From Squalus acanthias (taxonomy: Eukaryota): 64,000 nucleotides of DNA. Where the stretch lies: assembly GCA_030390025.1 (NCBI GenBank), contig CM059432.1, forward strand, positions 38,442,001 through 38,506,000, in the 5' to 3' direction. Position 1 is the first letter of the stretch. The number at the start of each line of letters is the position of its first letter. Positions 1 through 11,177 of the stretch are shown piece by piece. A program made the translations under genes and the position numbers. The notes beneath the pieces are model-generated. The model did not search any database. It was not told the origin of the DNA and saw only the letters and a program-made list of their open reading frames with translations.

Positions 1-16
1 GCTTGCTGCCATCACA

Positions 17-60
17 CTTACCTTTGCTGACCTTGTGAGGTCATTAAACTTTCTTCTGGA
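17..60 (-). pseudogene. Remnant of Harbinger Myb/SANT exon 1 end
   Basis: Minus strand reads SRRKFNDLTRSAK followed by GTAAG donor, matching the CRKxFNDLxxSxK|GT exon-1 ends of the Myb genes at 28771 and 58855. Confidence 0.5.
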
Positions 61-1334
61 ACTGAAGTGGGGTCCTGGAAGGTAGGGAGTTGTCACTCAC
101 TACCTGTGCCAATTCCTTCCACATGGTTCTGGCCCCCCCACTTCCATTCTGTGCCTGATTTCAGTAACAGTATTTATACATTTGGGCGTACAAAGTATGC
201 ACTTGTACCTGATTAGTTGGAAGGTGGCATTCATAAAATGTAACAAATCATAAACAAAGAGGTTGGGATCATACCAATAAGCAAGTATAAAGCAGCCATA
301 CAAATTACCATTGAAATGCAAAGGAGGTGTGAAAACAAGATTCAGCATAGAAGGGAGCTGTCGAGGGACCAATGGAATTACTTAACATATTTCGGAATTT
401 TATTTTGGCCACCATCTTGTTTTTTCAGTAATTGGAGAAGAAAGAATTATAAATAATAGGCAAATTTTATGGTTTAGCATTCCTGATGCCGAGCAACTGA
501 AGTACATATTGGATATTAAGGTGCAGAATATATTATACATAAAACTGTTGTATCTAGCCTGTGTTTGTCACACAAAGGCCAGGGCTTTGCATTTCTGCAG
601 TCACCAGCCTGTAATTTTCTGCCTGTTTCCTTTAATGGATGGAATATCACATGTTGGTGAGTGTTAAAGCCGAGAACCTGGCCGGAGTCTTGACTGCTCA
701 AATATACAGATTTCATCAAAGTTCTCAGGAACAAAACAAAATAAATAACTTCCCCTGTGCTTGAGCACATCTCCCACAAACTTCTTTCCAAATCTTTTCA
801 GTCGCCATGTGCACCTCTTTCCCACTTCAGCACCTGCCCACTTGCAACAAAATACCTTCCCACTCACCAAGAGGAAGGCAATGAGAGTTCAAAAATAAAG
901 AGAAAATGTTGCCTTTTCTTTTTGGATCATTGTAACCTACATTAATTGACCCCAGTTTGACCTACGTTGTGCCTGATAAAGTAGTTGTCTTTGAGGCTAT
1001 TCCTGCATTAACCCTCTCCCTATTCTTTCTAATAGTAAATTCACCATTATCATTTTTTAGCAAAGCAAACGTTACTAAAGAGTTCAATTTCAGAGAAAGA
1101 AATGTTTCCTTTTTCTTTTCTAATTGTCTATTTTTCTCTTCTTTTCCTGTTCTTTGTTGAAGGCTGGCACTGCTGCTGGTGAATGGTTCCGTGCATGCTG
1201 GCAGCATTCTGGTAACTCACCCAGGTAACCATCTGTGACTCTGTCGGTAACATTGGTACCAGCCCATCCCAGGGCGGAACTCCGTAGTAAATTTTCCAAT
1301 GGAGCAGTCAGCCTCAGCCACGGTGTTGCAGCGC

Positions 1335-1838
1335 ACATAAAACTCTGCTGCCCGTATCCTAACTCGCAGCAAGTCCCGTTCACCCATTACCCCTGTGCTC
1401 GCTGACTTACATTGGTTCTCAGTCTGGTAACACCTCAATTTTAAAATTCTCATCCTTGTTTTCAAATTCAACCATGGCCTCGCATCTCCCTGTCTCAGTA
1501 ACCTCCTCCTGCCCTACAACCCTCTGAGATCTCTGCACTCCTCTAGTTCTGGCCTCTTGTGCATCCCCAATTTTAATCGCTCCACCAATGGCCTTCAGCT
1601 GCCAAGGGCCTAAACTCTGGAATTCCCTCCCTAAACCTCTTTGCCTCTCTAATTCTCTCTCCCATTTTTAGGGCAGTCCTTTAAGCCTACTTCTTTGACC
1701 AACCATTTGGTCATCTGCCCTAATATCTTCTTATGTGGCCCAGTGCCAAATTTTGTCTGATTACGCTTCTGTGAAGCATTTGGGATGTTTTACTATGTTA
1801 AAATCGCTGTATAAATGCAAGTGGTTGTTGTTGTTGTT
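1335..1838 (+). mobile_element. L2 LINE 3' fragment
   Basis: Degenerate PITPVLADLHW...FKILILVFK coding remnant, 3'UTR ending TATAAATGCAAG + (GTT)n tail; similar to 7798-8372. Confidence 0.8.
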
Positions 1839-3127
1839 CTGCTTCCATTTTAACAACAGGTGATTCGGACCATAAAAATAGTAGCCTCACAGTTACAGGC
1901 TCGTCCACAAATCGAATAAATAGATTTGATGGTTTAGTGAAGAAACTGACAGCCAGGGATCAGATTCTGCTGATAAATTGCTAGGCCTGGAATGCTACAT
2001 GCACCCTCTTGAATAAGCATTGACAGACGGACTGCCAGACAGAAGCAGAATGATTTCAAAGATCAGGAAAATTCTCCAAACCAACAGGGGATTCTAGAGC
2101 TGAGCTGGAGTGAACTGTGGAATTTATCAAATGTCTGCTAGCTGACTGTTCAACTTGGCATTGGATATTGAAATCAAAGGGCCCATTGTTTTTTTGCCCC
2201 TCAATCCAGGCCCCTCGTGTCTACTGTATGCTTTGATTTTTAGCTGGTTGAGATTTAAATAAATACTAAAGATACCACAAATTGCTCAAGCTAAAAAACC
2301 CTTATGAAGAAGGAGAGCCAAACCCTGTCCCTGATTTTGCTCCAGGTGTCCCCAAGCTGAGAAAGAAGCTTAGTGACTTGAAACAAAGCCCGAGGGAGTT
2401 TGGATAGTGTTGTGTTCTACTACTCTTTACACAAGTTCATTTTTTTTGACAGAGAAGACTGTTATCTGTAACAGAGCTGCTTGTCGAAGTTTGCACTGTC
2501 AGGAAAGAGCTTCACTCTTTGGTAGCACATATTGCCCATACACTTCCTGCAATTTATCATCCATCATGGATGAAAAATCATGGACAGCATGCCCACAGTT
2601 TCCTAAAATACACAGTCAGTGAGCAAGGGCCTCCACCAACACTGCAAACTTGGAAAATTATCCCCAGCATTCTTTGTAGGCTACCTGAGATCCGGTTATA
2701 TGAGTGTCTGTCTAAGTGCCCAGAGGTTACAAACTACCTCAGTCTTCATATAGATTGAAGAAGCAAGCTGCAAGTGGGTCTTATCCAAAAAATGGCTCAA
2801 ATATCAATAACTGTCATGGGACAAAACTGTTTATAATTAAAGCTGACTAAGCAGATCTGCAATGCACAATGAATCACTGTTTTATGACCACTGATGATCT
2901 ATGTACTTAGTTAGGATGATTATTTCTAATTTTTTTCTCAGCTGGATGTATTATTCATACTTCTGGGGTGATTTTTGAGTGAGGAGGGTGTGAGGTTGGG
3001 ATGGTTGACTGCTTTAAGAGATAGACATATTGAAAGTCACCCTTTTGAATGCAAGAGGTAGTACTGGTTGGGGCGAGCAAGTCTTTTAGTGGAACTGGAC
3101 CAGTGTGCCATATAAAACTAATTTATT

Positions 3128-3893
3128 GGCCCATATTTTACGATGCCTACGGGTGTGTATGAGCTGTGTACTCACCCGTAGGGACATCGGAAATGCTGGT
3201 TTCAGGCATACGAAGCGCATGCGCTAAAAACTGGCATTTCTGATCTGTCAAGAATCCTCTTGACAGATCGGACGCCTGCCCTAGAGAAGGGCCTCTGCGA
3301 GGGGAGAGTTCCGCTTTCTGCAGAATCTCCGCCCGCTGAAAACACTTAGAAATCTTACGCCTGGTAAAAGCAGGCGTAAGGCCAGCTTTTACCAGCATGA
3401 GAGTTTAAAAAAGTAAAAAAATAAAAAAAAAATTTTTTTTCACTCATTTATAATTTAAAAATAATTTTAAAAAGGTAAGTTTATTGTTAGCCTGTAAAAT
3501 TTTAATTATTTTTTTCCAAAAATTAAATTTTTGTTTAAAATATTTAATTTAATGTAATTTTAACTCATTTTAAAAACTTGATGGTTTTTAAAAAATTTAT
3601 TTCATGTTTTAGTGTCTTTTTTCAGTGATCCCCATTCATAATTTTGACAGGTCTATCTGTCAAAAGTGTGAAGGGAGATTCCCTTCTCCCATTGGCTGGC
3701 CTGGCCCACGTGACCCCAGGGACGCTTGCGAACCGCCTGCACCCCAGGGATACGTGGGCCCTGCGCATTTCGACTGTGGAGAGGCCCAGGAGCGGAAATG
3801 TCCGGACCTCGGGAGCCCTCAGGTAAGTGCGCAGATTTTTTTCCGATAGGAGGCATCCGCACGCAAGAAGCCTCCTATCGGAAATTACGGGCC
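3128..3893 (+). mobile_element. Non-autonomous Harbinger-type MITE (family I, ~770 bp)
   Basis: TIRs GGCCCATATTTTACGAT / GGCCCGTAATTTCCGAT; GC-rich arms and AT-rich core homologous to 43250, 56939 and 63314 copies; flanks ATT/TAT do not form a clean TSD. Confidence 0.75.
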
Positions 3894-4006
3894 TATAGTT
3901 TTTATTTTGATGAAGTGCCAACTCCCCTATAGCTTAAAGGGTGCTGTTCCCCCAGCTTTGCTCTTTCTTTGTAAAGGACCACTGTAAAGATCAACGGGTC
4001 ATTTAT

Positions 4007-5485
4007 ATAGAACATAGAACAGTACAGCACAGTACAGGCCCTTCGGCCCTCGATGTTGTGCCGAGCATTGTCCGAGACCAAGATCAAGCTATCACACTCC
4101 CTATCACTCTGGTGTGCTCCATGTGCTTATCCAATAACCGCTTGAAAGTTCCTAAAGTGTCCGACTCCACTATCACAGCAGGCAGTCCATTCCACACCCC
4201 AACCACTCTCTGAGTAAAGAATCTACCTCGGACATCCCTTCTATATCTCCCCCCATGCACCTTATAGTTATGCCCCCTTGTAACAGCTGCCTCTACCCGA
4301 GGAAATAGTCTCTGAACATCCACTCTATCTATCCCCCTCATCATCTTATAAACCTCTATTAAGTCGCCTCTCATCCTCCTCCGCTCTAAAGAGAAAAGCC
4401 CCAACTCCCTCAATCTTTCCTCATAAGACCTCCCCCCAAACCAGGCAGCATCCTGGTAAATCTCCTTTGCACTCTTTCCAATGCTTCCACGTCCTTCCTA
4501 TAGTGAGGTGACCAGAACTGCACACAATAAATGTGGTCTCACCAAGGTCCTGTACAGTTGCAGCATAACCTCACGGTTCTTAAACTCAAACCCTCTGTTA
4601 ATAAACGCCAACACACCATAGGCCTTCTTTACTGCTCTATCCACTTGAGTGGCAACCTTCAGAGATCTGTGGATATGAACCCCCAGATCCCTCTGCTCCT
4701 CCACGTTCCTCAGAACCCTGCCGTTGACCCTGTAATCCTTATTCAAATTTGCCCTACCAAAATGAATCACCTCGCACTTATCAGGGTTAAATTCCATCTG
4801 CCATTTTTCGGCCCAGCTCTGCATCCTATCAATGTCTCTTTGCAGCCTACAACTGCCCTCCACCTCATCCACTACTCCACCAATCTTGGTGTCATCAGCA
4901 AATTTACTGATCCACCCTTCAGTCCCCTCCTCCAAATCATTGATAAAAATCACAAACAGCAGAGGACCCAGCACCGACCCCTGTGGCACACCGCTGGTAA
5001 CTGGTCTCCAGTCCGAAAATGTTCCATCCACCACCACCCTCTGCCTTCTATGAGATAGCCAGTTACTTATCCAATCGGCCAAATTTCCCTCTATCCCACA
5101 ACTCCTTACTTTCTTCATGAGACGACCATGGGGAACCTTATCAAACGCCTTACTAAAATCCATGTATACGACATCAACTGCTCTACCTTCATCTACACAC
5201 TTAGTTACCTCCTCAAAGAATTCAATCAAATTTGTTAGGCAAGACTTACCCTTCACGAATCCGTGTTGACTATCCCTGATTAAGTTGCCCCTTTCCAAAT
5301 GGTCATAAATCCTATCCCTCAGGACCTTTTCCATTATCTTACCAACCACCGAAGTAAGACTAACCGGCCTATAATTACCAGGGTCATTCCTATTTCCTTT
5401 CTTGAAGAGAGGAACAACATTCGCCACTCTGGCACCATCCCCGTGGACAGTGAGGACCCAAAGATCAAAGCCAGAGGCTCTGCAC
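4007..5485 (-). mobile_element. CR1 LINE, 5'-truncated (RT + 3'UTR)
   Basis: ORF 4498-5427 with [33 protein letters not shown] 4084-4413 C-terminus; TTCTATG-type tail at 4007. Confidence 0.95.
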
Positions 5486-5697
5486 TGCAGATTGATAGAG
5501 GCTCCAGAACGCTAGATTTGAACCCATTCATAGTCAATGGGCAGAGAATCTAGCCCAGACCGTCCCAGGTCTGGCCCTCTCTTGATGATTGGGTTGAATT
5601 TGAGCGTTCGGGGGCTGGATACTTCTTTGGTGTCAGGTGGGGGGATGGAGGGAGGTTTTCACTCCAGCAACGCAGAAACCTGCCAAGAATATTCAAC

Positions 5698-5780
5698 TAA
5701 AGTAAAATACTGCAGACGCTGGAAATTTGAAATAAAAACAAAGAAAGCTGGAAACACTCAGCAGGCCAGGCAGCATCAAG
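5698..5780 (-). repeat. Penelope-type terminal repeat fragment
   Basis: Reverse complement of the GATGCTGCCTGGCCTGCTGAGT...CCAGC block seen at 17456 and 21116. Confidence 0.55.
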
Positions 5781-6287
5781 AATATAGGGAACAATAGAAG
5801 GGGAGACGAGTTAGAACTGTTGTTTGTTCAATCTTATTAGAGCAGGTATGGTTGCGTTTTTCCTCTGGGAAATGTTTGAAGTATGAAATGTGTGGTGGAA
5901 TCGCTAAAGAATTAAATGAATATATCTGTGGGGGTGGAGAATTGACATCGTAATTTTTTTCACCTATATTATTCTGGCATCTAAATCTACGTTAAAGTCG
6001 TGGGTTTCTCTTTCCTTCGAGGAAGGTTTCTTCTGTGATCAATTTTTCTCAAAAGCTTATGCCTGATGAGCAGTTCAGGTGGATTTGTAAAAATAACTTG
6101 TTCGTTTGAGGGTCATGACTTAGAATGTAAACAAGATTAGCTACCCAATTACCAAGAAGGTCCAGGTTAAATCTTTTGTCAATGCTAAGATAACTGATAT
6201 CTGTCCAGGCTGCAGCAGGAGTGCTAAAGTTAGCCTCAGCACACTTGGATTGTGGAGATAAAACAAATAGCCAGAGATCCCACATCA

Positions 6288-7720
6288 AATACAGCTACAA
6301 CACTGGCATCTACCCGACAATGTGGAAAACTGCCCAGGGATGTCCTGTCCACAAAAAGCAGGACAAATCCAATCCGGCCAATTACCACCCTATTAGTCTA
6401 CTATCAATCATCAACAAAGTGATGGAATGGGTCGTCGACAGTGCTATCAAGCGGCACTTACTCACCAATAACCTGCTCACTGATGCTCAGTTTGGGTTCC
6501 GCCAGGACCACTTGGCTCCAGACCTCATTACGGCCTTGGTCCAAACATGGACAAAAGAGCTGAATTCCAGAGGTGAGGTGAGAGCGACTGCCCTTGAAAT
6601 CAAGGCAGCATTTGACCGAGTGGCAACAAGGAGTCCTAGTAAAATTGAAGTGAATGGGAATCAGGAGGAAAACTCTCCACTGGATGGAGTCATACCTAGC
6701 ACAAAGGAAGATGGTTGTCGTTGTTGAAGGTCAATCATCTCAGCCCCAGGACATCGCTGCAGGAGTTCCTCGGGGCAGTGTCCTAGGCCCAACCATCTTC
6801 AGCTGCTTCATCAATGACCTTCCCTCCATCATAAGGTCAGATGTAGGGATGTTCGCTGATGACTGCACAGTGTTCAGCTCCATTCACAACTCCTCAGATA
6901 ATGAAGCAGTCCATGCCCGCATGCAGCAAGACCTGGATGACATTCAGACTTGGGCTGATAAGTGGCAAGTAACATTCGTGCCACACAAGTGTCAGGCAAT
7001 GACTATCTCCAAAAAAAGAGAGTCTAACCACCACATTCAACGGCATTACCATCGCCAAATCCCCCATCATCAACATCCTGGCGGGTCACCATTGACCAGA
7101 AACTTAACTGGACTAACCACATAAATACAGTGGCAACAAGAGCAGGTCAGAGGCTGGGTATTCTGTGGCGAGTGTCTCACCTCCTGACTCCCCAAAGCCT
7201 TTCCACCATCTACAAGGCACAAGTCAGGAGTGTGATGGAATATGCTCCACTTGCCTGGATGAGTGCAGCTCCAACAACACGCAAGAAGCTTGACACCATC
7301 CAGGACAAAGCAGCCCATCCACCACCTTAAATATTCACTCCCTCGGTGTACTGTGGCTGCAGTGTGTACCATCTACAAGATACACTGCAGCAACTCGCCA
7401 AGGCTTCTTTGACAGCACCTCCCAAACCCACGACCTCTACCACATAGAAGGATAAGGGCAGCAGGCGCGTGGGAACACCATCACCTGCAAGTTCCCCTCC
7501 AAGTTACACACCATCCTGACTTAGAAATTATCTTCATCGTCGCTGGGTCAAAATCCTGGAACTCCCTCCCTAACAGCACTGTGGGAGTGCCTTCACCACA
7601 CGGACTGCAGCGGTTCATGAAAGCAGTTCACCATCACCTTCTCAAGGGCATTTAGGGATGGGCAATAAATGCTGGCTTTGCCAGCGACACCCACATCCCA
7701 GGAACTAATTTTTAAAAATT
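6288..7720 (+). mobile_element. CR1-like LINE family B, 5'-truncated
   Basis: Frameshifted RT (AQFGFRQ, ALEIKAAFDRV, GSVLGPTIF, MFADDC) and 3'UTR ending GGGCAATAAATGCTGG...CCCACATCCC. Confidence 0.9.
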
Positions 7721-7797
7721 CATTATCCTATGACCCAGATAAGAAATGCTTGTGGATATTCAATAGTTTCAAACTCAGGCTGTGCTGCCCCCGTGAC

Positions 7798-8372
7798 TTG
7801 ACTATTCCAACACACTCCTGGCTGGCCTCCCACGTTCTACCTTATGTAAACTTGAGGTCATCCAAAACTTGGCTGCCCGTCTCCTAACGCGCGCCAAGTC
7901 CCATTCACCCATCACCCCTGTGCTCGCTGACCTACTTTGCTCCCGGTTAAGCAACGCCTCGATTTCAAAATTCTCATCCTGGTTTTCAAATTCCTCCATG
8001 GCCTCGCCTCTCCCTATCTCTGTAATCTCCTCCAACTCCACAATCCCCCGAGATATCTGCACTCCTCTAATTCTGTCCTCTTCAGCATCCCTGATATTAA
8101 TCGCTCAACCATTGGTGGCCGTGTCTTCTGTTGCCTCGGCCCTAAGCTCTTGAATTCACTGCCTAAACCTCTCCGCCTCTCTACCTCTCTTTCCTCTTTT
8201 AAGATGCTCCTTAAAACCTACCTCTTTGACCAAGTTTTTGGTCACCTGCTCTAATTTCTCCTTATGTGGCTCGGTATCAAATATTTTGTCTTATAATACT
8301 CCTGAGAAGCGCCTTGGGACGTTTTACTGTATTAAAGGCGCTATATAAATGCATGTTGTTGTTGCTGTTGTT
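7798..8372 (+). mobile_element. L2 LINE 3' fragment
   Basis: YSNTLLAGLP...IQNLAARLLTRAKSHSPITPVLADL; LPVKQRLDFKILILVFKFLHGLASPYL; (GTT)n tail. Confidence 0.85.
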
Positions 8373-8909
8373 GATAGTGATGAGTCTCACACATGAAATA
8401 GGCCAATTAGGTAAGATACTGAAAAGCTTCTGGTATATATGGAGCTGTACTACAGCAGTAGGCTAGATATGTATCTGCTACATTTCACAAAAATTAATTG
8501 AGCCACAAATAGAAATCTAGTAGTAAGGGAACATCTTGGGAACAGTAACCATAAGATGACGGAATTCAGTATCAGGATTGCAAGGGCGACGGAGGGGGAT
8601 GTCACAAAACAAAGTTTTGGACTCAAACAAAGATAACTTTGAAAGGATGAGGATGAATTTAACTAAAATGTGGTGGAAACATTGTTAGTTGGTAAATTTA
8701 CAGATCAGCATATTCAAGAAGGTAATTAGTGATTACAAACCATTCACATCGCCCTGAAAGGCAAAGGAGTTAATTTTGGGATAATACAACCAGTCTCCAA
8801 GAATGATTAGGACAAATAATAAAGGACATTAGAAAGCTCCTGTAAGGGCGAAGAATAGTGGGAAAAATTAAAACTGGGGAGAATTATAGAAAACAATGAA
8901 AGGAGACCG

Positions 8910-9515
8910 GGGGTTAAAATTGGGTAGCGCGGTGCTACCTTCGCCGGGGCGCTAATGCCCCAAAAAAGTTAGCGCCCCCGCGGCCGATTTTCCCAGGTAG
9001 CACCACTTATTAAAGGGGCGGAGCCTGGCGCAGCGCGTCCCGGCGCCCAGCTGGGCCACCAGGGATCGGGAGTACCGGCAAACGAGCCCGGCACTCAAGA
9101 AGAGTGCAGGGCTCACGGAGAGCAGCCGGCACCCCGCGGAGGGACTTCACGGGGGCCGGGGACAGCAATGGGGGCAGGTGCTGGCAGGCGGCCAGCAACA
9201 AAAATGGCTGCCCGCCACCTTCCCTTTAACTAGCGCAGCCCCGGCCGCAAGGTAGGCCCCCCTGACCCCGGTGGACATAACGTCCAGTGGTAAGTCGGGG
9301 GGACGTCACCCAATGTTACAGCCGGGGCGCAAGCGGGGCGCTGCGCACAGCGATGACGTCATCGCCGGCAGCGCAGCACCGCGCGGCGCTAACGGTTAGC
9401 GCCACCGCTAACCTCCCGCTGAATTTCGCAGGAGGCGTTAGCAGCACCGCGCCCAGGCGCTTAGTTGATTTGCGCCCCGTTAGCGCCGAGGCGCAAATCA
9501 ACCAAATGTAGCCCC
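8910..9515. mobile_element. GC/CpG-rich Harbinger-type MITE (family II)
   Basis: TIRs GGGGTTAAAATTGG / GGGGCTACATTTGG, flanks CCG/CCA (3-bp TSD with CpG decay), repeated GGCGCTAA motifs. Confidence 0.75.
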
Positions 9516-10015
9516 CCAAGAAAATAATAAAAACAAAGAGGAATTATGAAAAAATAATTGCAGATGTTCTCAAGAGTAACACTTAAGGTTTTTGTAAGTG
9601 CATCAAACCAAGTCATTACGGCTCAGTTACTTTAATCACAGCAGTAAAAAAAATTGTAGAATCCATTATCGTGAACAAGTAAACACTTGGAAAAGTATAA
9701 GCTGATTAGGGAGAATCAGTATGGTTTTATGAAAGATAAACCGTGTTAACAGAGTCACTAAAGTGGTAGGCAGAGAAGGTCAATGGAGGCCATACAGATT
9801 AATTTGTTAAAATTCTGCTAGGAACCTTGAGGCATGGATAGGGAATTGGTTGGAGGCAAAGAGTTAAGATAAAGGTGACATTTAAAATTTTCAGGTAGCG
9901 ATAAGTGGTGTTCCACAGAGATTAGTGCTGTACTCCCGGATTTACACTCTATATGGTTTGGGGAATATAAGGAAATATATCCAAGTTTGTACATGATGTT
10001 AAGCTAGGTGATATA

Positions 10016-10174
10016 AAGATCAATTCAGTGAGGCTGTGCTCCTGGCGTGGAGCCTCATTCAATGGGTATGCTGGTTGTAGATTAACATTTAGCATTAAGG
10101 GTGCTTAATGTGCACCTAATGTGCCTATTGAGCAACACTCCACACTGGGAGTGCAATCTTGCTGAATTCACTCT
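10016..10174. mobile_element. Palindromic 159-bp MITE
   Basis: Fold-back arms, ATA TSD at 10013-10015 and 10175-10177, interrupts a CR1 RT frame. Confidence 0.75.
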
Positions 10175-10607
10175 ATAGTGACTTGTGAAAGAACAGAAAA
10201 TTGCAAAAGGGCCTAGTTAGATTAAGCGAGTAGCTGGAACGGTGGCAGATAAGGTTTAACGTAAGAAAGTCTGACACTTTGCACGTAAAAATGCCAGTGG
10301 GAATACAGTCTCAATGAGGAAACATTAGGAGGAGTAAATGTACAAAGAGGTTTAGGGGTCCCGATTGTAACCCTACCCGTCTGTCGGGAACCGTGCGTGG
10401 TAGGGGTTAAAATCCAAGTCAGTTTATTGATTCCAGATCTCTCCGTTCCCACCCTGGCGGGATTGTCTGCAGAGTGTATAAACTGCAGGTTTTAAAGTGG
10501 CCAAAAGCCACAGGCGCTCAGATCATTTGCATATAAGTGTAACTGAGCTTGTTGTTTTCGGAATGTACTGGTAGTTGACTAATTGCTCATTTTGTGCACT
10601 CTGGCTT

Positions 10608-11042
10608 CGAAAGAAAGACTTGTATTTATAAATCACCTTTCACAACCTCAGGACATCCCAAAGCACTTTACAGGTAATTAAGTACTTTTGAAGTGTAGTC
10701 ACTGTTGTAATAGTAGGGAAACACATCAACCATTTTGTACACAGCAGGATCCCACAAACAGCAGTGAGATAATGACCAGATAATCTATTTTTTTATATTG
10801 GTTGAGGATTAACTATTGGCCAGGACACCAGAGATAACTGCTTTTCTTCAAGTTAGTAACATTGGATCATTTATATCTACCTGGGAGCGCAGCGTAACAT
10901 CTCATCCGAAAGATGGCACCTCAACTCCCTCAGTACTGCACTGGAGCGTCAGCTGAGATTATAAGCTCAAATCTCTGGAGTGGAATTTGAACCCACAACC
11001 TTCTGACTCAGAGGCAAGAGTGCAACCATTGAGCCACAGCTG
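10608..11042 (-). mobile_element. tRNA-derived Deu-domain SINE (SacSINE1/AmnSINE1-like)
   Basis: A box TGGCTCAATGG, B box GGTTCAAATTC, central CAGTGCAGTACTGAGGGAG...CTTTCGGATGAGATGTTA block, L2-like tail ending TATAAATACAAGTCTTTCTTTC. Confidence 0.75.
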
Positions 11043-11177
11043 GCACTTTGAATTTTAGGGGCTTCTGGTATCTCACCCTCAAGAATCAGGAAAAAACAGG
11101 GAAGGCAGTAGGTGAGGGTGCCTGCTTGCATAAGGCCTTACCCACCCATCAGGCCAAAGGTCTGTTTGAAAGACTTT

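Larger units (their letters stand above)
8470..10350 (+). mobile_element. Old, highly decayed CR1 ORF2 hosting two MITEs
   Basis: Remnant motifs ENQYGFMKDKPCL, SGVPQ and ISKFVHDVKLGDIV (last one restored after removing 10016-10174). Confidence 0.6.

Noticed and set aside
2270..2407. Short frame containing VPKLRKKLSDLKQSPREF, reminiscent of the Copia RT motif KLxKSLYGLKQSPR
   Set aside because: Only 45 codons, the YG residues are absent and no other Copia motifs lie nearby; likely chance
4531..5058. 175-aa antisense ORF and similar long ORFs opposite RT regions (19890-20378, 26732-27151, 62047-62466)
   Set aside because: Shadow frames of LINE RT coding sequence
9010..9519. Ala/Arg/Pro-rich ORFs and CpG-island appearance (also 11210-11563, 13139-13533)
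   Set aside because: Lie within GC-rich MITEs bounded by TIRs and TSDs; low stop frequency explains the ORFs
10980..11042. tRNA gene (also 44400-44490 and 47490-47573)
   Set aside because: tRNA-like heads of retroposons without a complete cloverleaf
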